A stretch of DNA of 64,000 nt from Moniliella sp. 'wahieum' (GCA_003971905.1 RSEE01000162.1:1-64000); one strand, 5' to 3'; shown: positions 1-13,020, counted from the stretch's first letter. Notes: generated by a model from the sequence alone, not told the origin. Numbers and translations: made by a program.

Positions 1-79
1 TCTTTGTACTCTCTTCGTCTGATCGTTTGTTCGGTTTGCTTGTTGGTCTTTTGCTTTTGCTGTTTCTTGAGGGGGGTAG

Positions 80-693
80 AACTCGATACGGACGACCACA
101 AGGACTTTGCAGCGTACTAACCCTTGGCACGTGAAGCTCACGTACGAAGTGCGAATTAGCGATGCATCGCCTACGCTCACCAGTCACTGCATGTAACCAA
201 CTTGAGCGAAGACGAAGCGCCGTTCCACGCGCTGTTCCACAACTACATCCGTGTGCACTCGGCCACCACAGCCCAGCTGACCGGCCTAGCCTCCGCCACC
301 TGCATCGACACGACCGACGCCAACCGAACCAAGACCCACACTGCCGACCCGCTCGTGCTCCACGCCAAACCGATCGATAGTGTATTTTACAATGTCAAAG
401 GCGACGTGGCCCTGGCCGAACCCCAACCGGAACCAGGCCGCACACTCAGCCTCCATGCCTCCCCCACCTTCCACACTACGACCGTATGGAACCCGGCCCG
501 CCGAACAAGCGCAGCTGGAATTCGTGATCTCCACCCGGGCGGTTGGAACGAATTTGTCTGCATCGAACCGGGTAGCATCAAGGACCTTAACTTTGTTGCC
601 CCGCACTCCACCTGGACCGCTTCCCAAACGCTTACCGTCTCCTCGACGGCACCGTGCTCGCGATGCAGCTGCATCTGTAGCCGGTACCCGTAG
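80..693 (+). CDS. Glucose-6-phosphate 1-epimerase / aldose 1-epimerase family, 3' part (gene starts before the window)
   Basis: Motifs HVTNLSEDEAPFHALFHNYIRV, TTTVWNP and GWNEFVCIEPG. Positions 1-79 look like a pyrimidine-rich intron end. Frameshifts in the first 120 bp. Confidence 0.7.
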
Positions 694-1159
694 CGGGCGC
701 TTGGTACGCGCACGGGCGCTTAGGGTTCTCCTACTGTGGCTTACCCTGTATGCCTCTTGGTTTAGGTTCGCCATGAGTACTGAGTCCTGGCAGTCAGCTT
801 CCTGACTCGCTTGCGCTAGGGAAACTGTTCCCTGCGCAGCGAAATTATCGATCATCGTTCTTGCACAGCCCTAGCCCCTGGGCCAGGGAGAGGCGCGTGG
901 CCCAGGCTTACTCGTCCCATTGCCTTTGAGGTAGAACTTGTAGAACTTGTAGAACTGCAGCACTGTTGAACCTGAGGAACTGGGCAGCTGGGGAACTGGG
1001 GTGCGCCAGGTCTGCCCCCTTGTCCCAAAATGAAGGGATAAGTACTGCAATAGATGCCAGGGGGGGGGGTTAGGTGACAGGCACGTATACAATAAGAAGG
1101 CGAACGCACTCTTGTGGTACGGCCCACGGGCATCCAATATCCAGGGGTGAAGCTTGAAG

Positions 1160-2438
1160 TTAATAAGGATCGGCACCGCCGATCATACGAACCATCATGT
1201 GCAGCATGGACCCGTTGCGAACGTTTTGCTCCCACAGACTCTTGCCCTCTTGTAGCCGCTGACCACAAAAAATCAAGTGGCTCGCCTGGCGAAACCGCGC
1301 AATGCCTGCCCGCTCCTCGATTTGCAACTGAATCGTCACTCGGTATCTTCCGGCCGCACGTCCAGCACGTACACCAAGTCGATCAGAGTACCCACGATCA
1401 CTCGCATCTCCCCCCTGCGGGAAGCGGTACCATGTGCAAAATCGTCTCGTTCTTAATATCCTTATGCTCCCACACGCGCTGCTCGTCCTCCAGCGCACCG
1501 AGCGAGCTCCATGGGAACAATAGCGATTGTCGCTCGGTCCTAACTCCCGTCTGTTCCTCAATGCGCGACTTGAGACTGAGCACGGTATCGTCCGATGTAC
1601 GTCCAACATCAGCAGTTCGTGGTGAACGTCAGGAAAACAGACGTCTCACCGCCTTGTGTCGACGAGGCATAATGTTGCACGTCGTGAGACCACACAATCC
1701 CATCTCATCCTCGAGCCGCGGCATCAAGTGCACCACCGACCCGCTCCGCAGCCCGCACCTATGCAACGGGCATCCGTCCGGCCGGATCCGTTTGGATCGC
1801 AACACGGGCCCGTCGATCCGGTCCACAATCAAAATCTGTTTTTCGGGGGGGGACGTGGACGTGCCGCACAAGGCCTGAACTTTGGCCATGAACCTGTTCG
1901 TATCCTCCTCCCAGTCCGTCTCGATGCGCACCGTTGGTCCCGACGGCCTCCTGACCCAAACGTGCATCTTGTCCAGCAACATAAACTCGTTCTTCCCGGG
2001 CCATTCGCATACTTTGTACGTGGACAGAACTCGTGTATCGTCCTCCAAGTGTTCGTTGGTGAGATCGTACCATAGCCGCTGCGAGCTAATCGCCGTACCT
2101 ACCTCTTTCTCGATCGCTGCCTTGAACTTACCCACAGGTTCTTCCGAATCGAGCTGCACCCGCACCGTCCTCCCGTCCACCGTGCGCACAACCAACTCCA
2201 CCTGCCCCGCCAGACGGAACCTCACACCGTGTCCCGCAGCCTCGTCAACACCATACTCGGCCAACGTCCGCTCATCGTCCAGGTCCGCGTGGCCAGGGAG
2301 AACCAAACGCTGCTGCTCCAGCGGCAACTTGTTCGTCCCGCGGATCTTGGCCTTGAGGTCGGCGATGGTGTCGCTGCGCGGATCAACGTGCACGCCGACG
2401 CAGCCCGAGACGGATACCGTGCCCAGTTGGAGAAACAT
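1160..2438 (-). CDS. Tandem ubiquitin-like domain protein (about 5 diverged Ubl units), frameshifted in this assembly
   Basis: Unit 1 DTIADLKAKI...PLEQQRLV...LDDERTLAEYGV; unit 2 VRTVDGRTV...KAAIEKEVG...SQRLW...LEDDTRVLSTY; unit 3 MHVWVRRPSGPTV...PPEKQILI...VVHLMPRL; unit 4 DTVLSLKSRIEEQTGV...LEDEQ...ETILHMV..GG; unit 5 MRVIVGTL...DVRPEDT/IEERAGI...LIFCGQRLQEGKSL...LHMMVRMIGGADPY-stop. Assembled from ORFs 1629-2438, 1398-1583 and 1160-1609. Confidence 0.8.
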
Positions 2439-5400
2439 TCCGCGGTTCAGGAGGCAGACGTAGGTGGTGGTAGGCAGTTCGAACGAAGAAGGCGAGAGTG
2501 TCAGCAGGGCAGATAGCGGGCGCCCTGGATGCCTACTATTACTACCTGGCTTGTATGTACCGCCTATATACTACTAGCTCGTGGTCGACAGCCACAAACC
2601 ATATCCGGCAGAACCATATCCGGCAGGCAACACTGCCCCCCTGCGGTGATGCTCACGTGACCAGTGTCGCCGCTGCGGATGCGATGCGCGCCGCAGCCAA
2701 CACGCTGCTGTGGCCACCAAACGACAGGACTCCACATCAACATTCCAGGGAGGCGGTCCTGTGCGCAGCTCACCGACGGCAAGTGGGAGAGAAAGGGAAG
2801 AGAAGGGAAGAGAAGGGGAAGACAGCTACGTTCTGATGGTGTTCAAAATGCTAAAAACCACAGAACAAGCAGCCGAGTTCCATCACCATCCGCTCTCCAA
2901 GTAGCGGTAGTTTACCGTGTCGCGCTGCATCTAGCACGTAAAGCGCATCTTCTCTTCCACCACATACACCACGCTGGAACTCGACGATCTGTTTTGGCGG
3001 CATAAGCTGTTCCTGCCGCCTCTTCCGAACATCCTTTGAGGCGTTGTGCGAGGACCTGTTCCCTCGCATCCTCGGAACGTAATAGTAAAAATCGTCCTGC
3101 AAAAAAGGGTTCATGTGGACAAGCACCAGGCCGACACAATTCTATTAACGCCTAGGAAGAGCTCAAAGAGCAGCAAATGAGAATGGTGGTCGATGGAGAT
3201 CAAATTGCTAAGGCGGTGGCGAATCCAAGTTATCATGGAGTCGGAAACGCCACGTCAGAAAACATACACGCGCATCACACATGATGTCACTCGGAAGTGA
3301 CCTTGGCCATAAATGACCAGAGGTCAACACCAGGCCGACACAATTCTCATGGTCAACCGCTCCATCCGGATTCCCCATATGTGCAGTGTCTCGTGTCTCG
3401 GACGTGTTTCATGGAGACAAACTCACCATGGCGATCAACCGGAGCGAAACTGTTGCTCGTCCAGGTCGGTGGGGGGCACATACCCTTACAGAACGGAAGG
3501 ACCGTACGATCGACTCACGGTGTAGTTTTGTGCCTCTCAGCTGTGTGGTTGGTAGATAGTGGATCGAGAAAGGGACTCACCGAATCTTGTGGTTGCGGCT
3601 GCAGGTGTGACAAGGCTACCATTTATGCATCGGCTGGGCCGGCCTGAAGCCTTCGGCCCGTATAGGAACAGGCACCGGCACTAAGCGGAGGACAAACGCT
3701 ACCAGAGCTGGGATTCGACTGGGACATGATTCGACGGGGCTGGAAAAGGGCACACACGCACCTTTACTGGGAGCCGGGATTGAGTCGACGCAGCCGAAAT
3801 AGGACCCAGGGGGATTGAGAGGCTTGACTATGGCCGAACAGTCGAAATTGGAGAGACGGGAGAGTTGGAGACGACTAGAGTAGGAGACAAAGTTGCTTGC
3901 CATGGATCGATTAGCGGGTGGAGGCAGATGTCAATACTGGAACGTTGTAGGGCAAAGCCACTGACCACCACGCGCTTTTTACAGTGACAGATCCTGAAGG
4001 GGAAACTCTGCATTAGAGGTAACAACGGGAGGAAAGGGGGACAGAAAGGAACAGAGTGGAACAATAGTAGAGGTGACAGTTTGGCCTGGCGAAGCCGAGG
4101 AAGAGAAAGGGCGTTGAAAGAGGAGAATGAAGGAACTGGTTCTGAGTAGAGGTTTAGAAGCCTATGAGAAGGGCAGGGCCTTATATTGCCGAGGGTGCTG
4201 TGGACAGAGGGAGCGTTTGGGGGGATAAGAGGAGAGTGACACGTTTATAAAAAACAGCAACGCACGGCGAGATTCCGCCTCGCCAGCCGATTCGGGCCAC
4301 GTGCATCCGGCAAAGGAAGTGATGTACCACCTGAGGCCGACTGGCTCGTTTGGGCTATATCTTTGGTTCCCCAGGAAGCGGCAGCGGCGGAAAGTCAGTG
4401 TCAACCTACTCACACGAGAGGGATGAACTATGAACTGAAACTAAGCCAGGTAGACGGCACAGTGGCTTGGTCACAGGAGACGGGACCAATGGTACTGAGG
4501 AGGCCACAGAGCCGTCCCTCGCGTGGGGGGGGGGCTGAACCGGCACTGTTTCTGGTGCTGGCGTTGACCGTTCGGAAATGCACGCGGGCAATCCCGAAAC
4601 CCACACGTTGCGCTCCAACAGGAGTCGCGCCGCCATATGCCATCCTATTATATACGGCGGCTACTTTAGTAGTTCGAGTATTCACACTCCAGTGCAGTGT
4701 GGGTCAAGGTGACCTCACTCCGACAGCGCCAAGGCCAGCGCATCGCGCTCGGTCACATGAGTTTGACTCGTCTCACTCTAGCTCCGCTGAGATACCCTCA
4801 GCCTGTTGGAGTTTGATACAGACGGAGTCCAGTCCGGATAGTATAGCTCCAGCAGCGTCCGCTCAGCTGGGTTTGATCGCGGCCAAAACGATGCAGCGCA
4901 CACGACGTGATTGGCCGCAACCTTGTCTTTCGACAGCGCGGGGCTAAGGCTACAGCGACAGCACGCGTTTCGGCGTTAATTGGACAAGGGTACCGCAGTC
5001 GGCACAGCCTATCACGCCGCTCGTGGGCAGTGGTGAGTGCAACCTTGACGGTCTGAGCCCCAAGGTCGTCCAGTTAAACAACGAGGTAGTGCCGTTCGGA
5101 GACGAGACCGTCGCTTTCGGGCGAGAGAGAATTGGACAGGGCCAAGTTCCGGGTGAAGGGCGAGCTGGAGACATCTCCGGGGTAGAAGTGAGTAGTGTTC
5201 CTCGATGTGGCGGAGACGCATTTCACACCTCGTAGATCCCAGCCACATCCAACAAGAGTGATGCATTTTCTTCGTTGACTGTATAAAACGTGGCCCCTGG
5301 ATTTGGTTGATGTGCGTACGCCTTGCCTCATCATGTAGCTGGAAATGCTTTCATGGAATTTAATCTACTGACAGTGACTGATCGATCAATCATTGGATAC

Positions 5401-7299
5401 CATAGGTTTAGACAAATTCGCATGGAAACGCATGTCCGCTGTTCATATCACAAGGAACAAATTCAGTAGTACGGCCACACAGCATGGCTTACGAACTGCT
5501 ACACCACACGGTCCTCCTTAAGTATCCCCTTGTTTGAATGATAGTTGTGAACGGCTTGATCACTCCCATCATCTCCGTCTAAGGCTGAAATAATCTGGAG
5601 TGTAATGCCCGTTTGAGGGTTTTTTGAAGGGGCATTCCCAATTCTTTGATGACTTGGCCTCGCACGTAATGTTCGATGCTGATGTCCTTGTCCTATACAT
5701 GAGATTAAAATGGCAGTATGATGCCAGACGGCACCCGAAATTTTACGCTGATCCCATCATCATCTTGTCCGGGTTGTTGTATGGCATCGGTGGCAATCTG
5801 ACGCCGGAGGACGACATCCTTATGTACTAGGCACACGCGGAACAGGAAAAGACATCATTTATGTTTAAGATATAAAATACCTTCAAAATGTCGAGGAGTA
5901 ATTGCCGTGGGTGAGGCAATTCTGTCAGCGCGCTGCAGGTCAGTGATGTCTTCGATGTCACCGCCCTGAACGTCAGATTGTCCTCAATGTCATCCCACTG
6001 TAGGTCAGTTGTGTCCTCGATGTCATCGCCTTAAACGTCAGATATGTCGCCGACGTCACCCCCTTGAACGTCAGAAACGTCATTGACGTGCCCATGGGCG
6101 ACGTATATGACGAATCTGATTCTCCTATGCTCGCTCTCCCTGGGTTACGATTGGTATTACATTTTATACTACTACTCATTCTAGCACCATTTTTTTTTGC
6201 ATTGCGATGGGTCAATATGGACTTGGGGGCTTGCCATTGAGAGGTCTTTGGAATGTATAGGCGCCAAATCACTCTTCAGTCTCAGAGTCGTCTGTACGGT
6301 CGTCGTCCTCGCCATCTGTGCCCTCTGCGTCCAAGAGGTTGACTGCAGTGCCTTCGTTGTCCCGTGCTCTTCGTCTGTTATTTGTGCCCTGGGTGCTGCG
6401 ATGTGACGGAGGTGGGTGTGTTGTGCACGGGTCGCACGACAGGCGGTACAAATTTCAGGGTTACCTTACGCAAGATGCGTGTCCGCAATGCCCTAGAAAT
6501 TCTCCCATGCGCTCGTCCAGCCCAGTAGATAGCTTGCGGGCGATGAGTGAAAAAAGTCAGATGACCTGCTGGACGACAACGGGGTGGGGACGTACTTGTG
6601 ATTGGACAAAGAGACAGTGACGGCACTGGAAATGCCACTGCAGCGGTTGCTGTTATTGTTCAGACTCCGGTTGAGCAAGACGGTGGACAGGGCAGATGTG
6701 TCAGCCGTATCGCATAGGTGATGGATAGATCGCAAAGGGGCTAATGGATCGACCGTAACCAATTAGTCTGCTTTGGTCGCGTTATACCAAGATGGGGGTT
6801 TGTAGTATTCGCAATCGGATGCTGTACAATTCGTGAATGAGGTACTGAAGGCACACGCTAAAGCAAAACGACAGTTCATCAATTCGATTAAATTAAGAAA
6901 TGCCTGCAACAGTTGTGGAAGCTTTCGCGAGAATTACTGCCCCAATAAGCCCCGCCTTTGGTATTAGGTCATGGCTTTAATCGGTCACAGATGGTGGAGG
7001 CCATATTCGGTGAGCGCTCAACGCAGAGATCATATGGGCGTAACAATTGACTTTTCCGTTGCCAAATGACAGGAGATGCGATCAATAGTGTGTGAAAATA
7101 AATATGGGACACAAAAAAGAAATGGGGAAATGCTGTTAACGGGATGTGTTGCATGCTGCCTACAGAAACCCATGGGAGATGTGTTGGCCGCTTGGACCAA
7201 CACTGTTTAGTTACCAGGGGTCTTGGGTATCCACGCGGGAATGGACTACTTAATTTTTTGTCATCACATCGTCGACAATACTGTTTCAGAAGGTGCAAA

Positions 7300-8300
7300 T
7301 GTTCATCACTTCAGCACGCAAAAGCTCAAGATCAAGGGAAATGAAAGAAAATGTAGAGGGAGAAATATGGATACGTGGCCATCAGCCCCTCCGAACGGCA
7401 GATCCGGCATAGTTAGAGGAGAATTGGTGGAGAGACGACCAGATACGGGGAGAGACCCCGTACAAGAGCAGTAGATCAAAGACTCACAACGTCCGAGGGG
7501 CCTTCCTATAGGCCTGTATATCTTGATTAAGAGAAATGTACCGCAAACGAGGCATGGCAGCTGCTCAGCCGCAAAGCGATAATACAAGGATTCAAAACGA
7601 TGATCTTTGAACGTTGGCTTCGATGAAGGGTAAGATCCGTTCTAGGGCCGTGTGGACACTGAGTAACGCGACTCGGCTTGCGTACGTGACCACCTGGGAC
7701 CAGTCTTCAGCACCATTCAATTGCAAAAGCTGAATATTCTGATACGGCTTTCAGTGCTCACATTCGGTAGTAATTGTAAAACCGACATATGATGGTTACC
7801 GTGATGGTGACGTCTTATAAATTGCCGTTTATTTAACCAAGTGTATGGCTCTCAAAGCGTGTGGCACTTCCTATCCACTTTCACACCTCAATGCATTGTC
7901 CAGATGTACCAATAATCTGTATGGTGACATTTAAATCGCCCAGTACATCGGAGTGTCCTTCCAGATATGGTTGCGAGAAACTCGTATATTAATTCGGGTA
8001 TGCATGGAATCTGTGGTGTAGCTGAAAAATCACATGACCCTTCTTGAAGCAGAGGGTGCCCTTCGCGTGCGCTTACCCGTTTTCCCGTTTCAATCAACTT
8101 TTTTCGATGGCTCAGCACTTATTATCCTGGCTCTTTAATAGTCGTCTAGTCCCATCGGTTGCCTCCGAGCTACCTTCCGCCTGAGCAGACGAAACTGATA
8201 AATATTAGCCCCGGACCATATCTGATTTTTTCGGAATTAGCAGCTTTCTGTACAATCTTAATGAAAGGTGAATGGACAACTCTTCATGCATCAGACTAGC
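7300..8300 (-). mobile_element. Possible heavily decayed LINE reverse-transcriptase relic
   Basis: AT-rich, stop-ridden tract with ordered vestiges on the minus strand: QFR (about 8190), IYEFLATISGR, SPYRLLVHLDNAL, a broken F-I-(D)-D-V-T-I at about 7810, and LIKIYRPIGRP (thumb-like). By-eye match only. Confidence 0.3.
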
Positions 8301-10069
8301 TCGATCCCTACTGCTGTCTTATCCAATTAGGGCATCCCGGCCCACGTCAGCTGGTCAGTATTGTTCCAATAACTGGGATGGAGGTGGTAAAGTCATACCA
8401 TTCACTGCATAGCCTCCACCAGTGCTATGCTCCCACTCAAAGCAAGTGAGAAGAAGAAAATAAGAACACAGTTGCTGAAGAGCCACTTGTCGCATGTCGC
8501 CACCAGTGTAGGTGCAATTAATCCACACGCCATGGTTCCCCCTTCTACACTTAGAAATTGAAGGTGTACTGGGCGCACCACAGCCTATACAGTATGAGTG
8601 CAGTCGATCCTCAATTTGGTGTCCTTGTATGTTTTGGGGATGAACAGTTAATCCGGGCGAGGGTATTACACGGTGATATGGTAAAGAAGCCAGACATCCC
8701 GTGGGTAAGATGACGTCAGTTATACAGATGTGGTGCCTACAGCTCCGTCTCCGTCAGGGAAGGGTATTCCATTAGTTCCATGAGCAGGCAGATCGCCGAC
8801 ATGAGCGTGTTAAGTAACACGGGGGCGCCCAAAAGCCATTTCTCACATTGGGAAAGACAAAGCATCAATATATCACTGAAAGAGCGAGTCGAAGACATGT
8901 TTAGTTCATCACTCAGATGCCTAACATCACCTTCAATCTGTACATATCTGAACGTTCGTGTCTATGTTGCATATCGTACGACCGATCGGCTGTGGTCAGC
9001 ATCCCGGCCGTTTGCGATCAGAACGAATATGTTACGGATGGGCGTCGCTAGGGAGATCCGCCCAGGGGGGGGGGGGGGAAGAGGTATAATCCCTTACCCA
9101 CTCCCGGGATTACGTGGCGGTGCAGCGTCCGAGCGAAGCTAGAGTCAGCTGAATCACTGTGTGCCAAAGCTGCGTAGACACCGGCTTGGACGGTGCTTGT
9201 GTGCCTAAAGCCTTCGGGACTGGGGTGGCAAGTGGCAGCGGAGGAGAAACACTGCCAGAGCTGGAGCTGAGATCTGGAGGTAACGCGGCTGGAAGCGGGA
9301 GCCACGCGGCGGGTGGACTTGGTTTCGACGTGGTAAGAGGGCAGACTCGACTTCCAATGGACCGCAGGAGAAACCCACACTGTGAACCATTGCATACAGA
9401 CAGGGACTACTAAAAAGGGAAACAACGCAATTAAGAAAGAACGGGGGACAGGTAGGGAGAACAAGGGGAACGGTTTCCGAACGGGCAATCTAGCAAGGCA
9501 AGTTTCCTAACGGGAACGGGGTGACTATCGCCGCAAAGGAGCCCAAGATACTGATAATTGGGCTGCCACGACTCACTTCGGCAAGAAGCGACTATTGTCT
9601 CACGGATACGTAGAACTGGTGACCGTGAGGGTGGTCTGTCTCCTAGCCACTATCGGAGTGGGTTGGGTTTGGGAGCGAGCCATATATTATTGGGTAGAGC
9701 AGACGGGTCTCTTCACTGCAGAGATCGGATCAGATCTGATGACCAATACTAACCTGATGTCGGGGGTAGTAAGGCGAAGGGAGCGCGTAGGCTGCGCTAG
9801 GCTTGCCAGCCTGTCTTCGCCCGGCGCGATATATGATAGAGGATCTGCTCTCAGCCATGCAGTCACTCGACGAACCACTGCTTTTTTTACCCAGAACGCG
9901 GAAAATTGCTCGAGAAAAAGTTCGCAGCAGTGTTGAATAAGCACATTCAGTGAGAGGACCTTTGTCTTCCTAGTAACTTCCATTCATTGGCAGACTTAAG
10001 AAGGCTGGGACAGGGGGAACGCTACGTCTAAACCTAACCGTTCATCTTGCGGGGGTTACTTAGGGCGCC

Positions 10070-13020
10070 ACCAGGGTCAAGGAACCAGGGGGATCGCCAG
10101 GATATCAGGACCCTCCGGCTCATGCCATCCGGTCCCGTACCCTAGGAAGCGCGTATGGACACGGAGGAACGTGGTTGACATCCGAGCGAGGAACCATTTC
10201 CACTGAGACTTAGTAGCCAACTCCTTCCAATGCGCAAACAACTTGCTCGCCGTCTTGGTGCCGTAGTATCCTCGCGTCGTCAAAACCAGGGGGAAAAACG
10301 TCTCTTGAGTGCGTCCTGGTACTTGGCGTTCTTCTCGCATTCTGCTTGTTCAAGCATCCGAAGCAGCTCCTTCTCCCGGCGTTCCAAGGGGGTTGCGGTG
10401 CTCGCGTGCACCACCCTCCGGAACGCGCTCTGCGCTGCCAGTGATCCCGTGTCGCGCAGCGTGTGGTCGACCTCCATTCCTGATCCTCCCAGTGCTCCGG
10501 GTCCCATCACGCGGTAGTCAGTGCGCTGTGTCCTCTGTCTCCGGCCATCCTCGTCCTCCACCATTGGTTCGTTGTGGACATGGGTGTCGGGAATGGAGCG
10601 TACTAGTATATAAAAAACTCGCCATAATAAGAACATTTGGATGCAAACTGGCCCTTGGAGGGCTTTTCAATGCGTACTCCACCAGGACATGCTTGAGATG
10701 CTCAATATGCCGAATAGTACCGATTCAAACCAAGATTTGGTTGATGCCGATGGCTTTGAAGGTAACATATCCTGTCAGGCGATGCACGGGCGGTTAGCCT
10801 CGAGCAACCATTGAATCGCCAAATGCTTTGTGGAGGGGGCGTACCAGGCGTTCTTTTGATCCTGATATCAGCCAAGCATTGATCGATCAGATTCGGCGCA
10901 CCGGGGGTGCGAAGGAATTGCACCTCTTGTTTCCTTGCCATTGATGGAAGGTTCTGGCGATATCGCATGCGGCTGGCAGATTTTGTTTATTGGGGAGATG
11001 GTGATGGGTGTCGCCGTAGGGAGAGTTCAGCTAGGTGAACAGGTGTCTCTGTCCGGAAGTGGGCTTGAACTGATGAGACCTGGAGTGTGGGGATGGTCCT
11101 CGAGGGTGATGCAATTGCACTGGTGGTGGTGGTGGTCTAAGCCAACCAGCACCTACAAAGGAACAGCAAGCAGCGAGTCGCCACCAGGGGCTAAGCTGCG
11201 GAACAAGGAAAAACAGGAGAGAGAAAACAACGGAACTCCCAGGCCCGAGGAGGAACTACTAAAAGGGACTTCGGCCAAAGCACGAGCCACCCGATGGCTC
11301 AACACGGCAGAGTAGTAAGTAGGGTGTTGAAGGCGCTTATGAAATCCACAGTTATATGTCGATACTAATGTTGGTCAAGCAGGCGCCAGACTCTGGATCA
11401 TCCTGGCAGTGTTTTCCCGCCGCTGTCACACTCTAGGGCTCCGAGACGCCTCTGTCATGTACATATAGGCCGAGAGGCCACGCCTTGTCTCTAGCTCCGC
11501 ATCCCTGATCCACCAACCAGCTCAAGCAACGGTAAATACCGTGGCCACTCACGGTATTACTCCCAAAGATTTTGTACCCCTAAACTCTAAAAACCCATGT
11601 GGTTAGCGCGGGACCCACCCGTGACACTCGCTGCGCCCCTTCTCATTTACCACATTTTCCCACCTCACCTCATGCCTATACTCATGTGAGTCAGCCGTAC
11701 ACAAGTCGCCTTACCCGCACCACCTTCCCGCTGCGGTCGTTGCTGCGCCGCACCCACCTTCCCGCTGCGCCGCACCCACCTTCCCGCTGCGCCGCACCCA
11801 CCAAGTTCCCGCTGCTGCGGTTTGCTGCGGTGTCCGAACTGTGCACTCAAAGCATAGTACCCTGAGCGGCTCCACATGCAAGTCTCATGATGTTCTTCTC
11901 GTAAGTAGAGCCCGATGAGTACACCCTGAGAACTTGAGGTGACATCTACCTTTGTGGTTTGTGTTCGACCTTGCTAATAATATGGGATCTGAGGCACAGT
12001 ATTTCAGCGTTTGCCTGTTGGGTGTATACTCTACTCCGACCCACTTTGAAGACATAATGTATGTCTAGACGGTTAAGGGCGAGGCGAGTGGCGCCAGGGA
12101 AGCATTGGGCACTTGTGCCTACTACAGTTACCCTAATAGCGCGGCACTGCATGCATGCACTGCAGCAGTGAACCCTTTGTCCTGTCGGCTATAGTAGCTC
12201 GCTATGCTCCTCCATTTTTTGTTAGCATGAAAGTACAAGGGGAGTATGCTGGTGTGAGGGGGGGAAGAACCAAAAGGTCTAGCATAGCATATATACGTGA
12301 GAAAGTTAGGTGTACTGAACGACCGGAGAAGAACCCAAGGGGTTGGGTAATGAACCTCTGGAAATGTAGAGCAATGCAATCGCGGTGATGGCGGTTACTA
12401 GCTCTACGCCTTATGCCACACCTAGAGGAGACAGGGGTCCAAACAAGCCTGAGTATACACGTGGAGGCTTCGGAGGTCAAATAAGGGGAAAAGGGTGATA
12501 AGGCGCCTTCGCCTATGTACGGGACCGGGGTCCCAACAAGAAAGTTAGCGCACTGTACTATGCTTTTCATGGACGACACCTGCTCAGTTGAGGGACGCAC
12601 GTTGCATGGTGTAGCACGCCGGCCGCGTGCTCCAATTTGTGACTGGGCGTACTAAGTAGAGACGATATTTAAGTTGGGCAAACACAGAGTTGACGCCGGT
12701 GACGCTGTCTTGCTCCCGGATAACTCTACACGAGAGGCGACGCATTTGAGTCGGAATTGACACCTCATAAAGCAACAGGGGGGAATCACCGCCAGCCATT
12801 CCAGACTCTTCTTGGTACTTACAGGTGTACGGGGACTGACATTTTGAGGAGGATGGCGCTGTGCAGTGAGTGGTGGAGTCCGACGTAGGAAACGCCGCGA
12901 TCCTATGGATCACAGCCGTGCAACTAACGCAGCCTTCAGATAAGGGGTAGTGAAGGCAAAAAGTGGTGAGCCACAAAAGTTTATTGATGCAACTAGTAAT
13001 GCGGGAATGACCCAACATCC
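10070..13020 (-). mobile_element. Decayed non-LTR retrotransposon with RT, CCHC and restriction-like endonuclease (CRE/Cnl1/MoTeR-like), copy A
   Basis: Ordered vestiges: ESGMAGGDSPLLLY (like GxxQGDPLxPLLF), VFAQLKYRLYLVRP (like AYLDDxYLVGP), ASLN, FLVGTPV (like LGxPIG) and EHL-AC. Then HNEP...RTDYRVMGP...EVDHT and EKNAKY...FSPLVLTTRGYYG...ARMSTTFLR, matching the RLE pattern EP-RxD-DxT-K..KY-FxP-G..G. Interrupted by unrelated or repetitive sequence at about 11000-11900. Confidence 0.6.
11715..11832 (+). repeat. About 22-bp minisatellite (CCCACCTTCCCGCTGCGCCGCA), about 4 imperfect copies
   Basis: Directly visible tandem copies. Confidence 0.85.

Noticed and set aside
1160..2438. Canonical polyubiquitin (UBI4)
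   Set aside because: No unit approaches the near-invariant ubiquitin sequence, and the units differ strongly from each other.
2851..3139. Small ORFs upstream of the Ubl gene
   Set aside because: No recognisable motif or gene structure, so no call can be supported.
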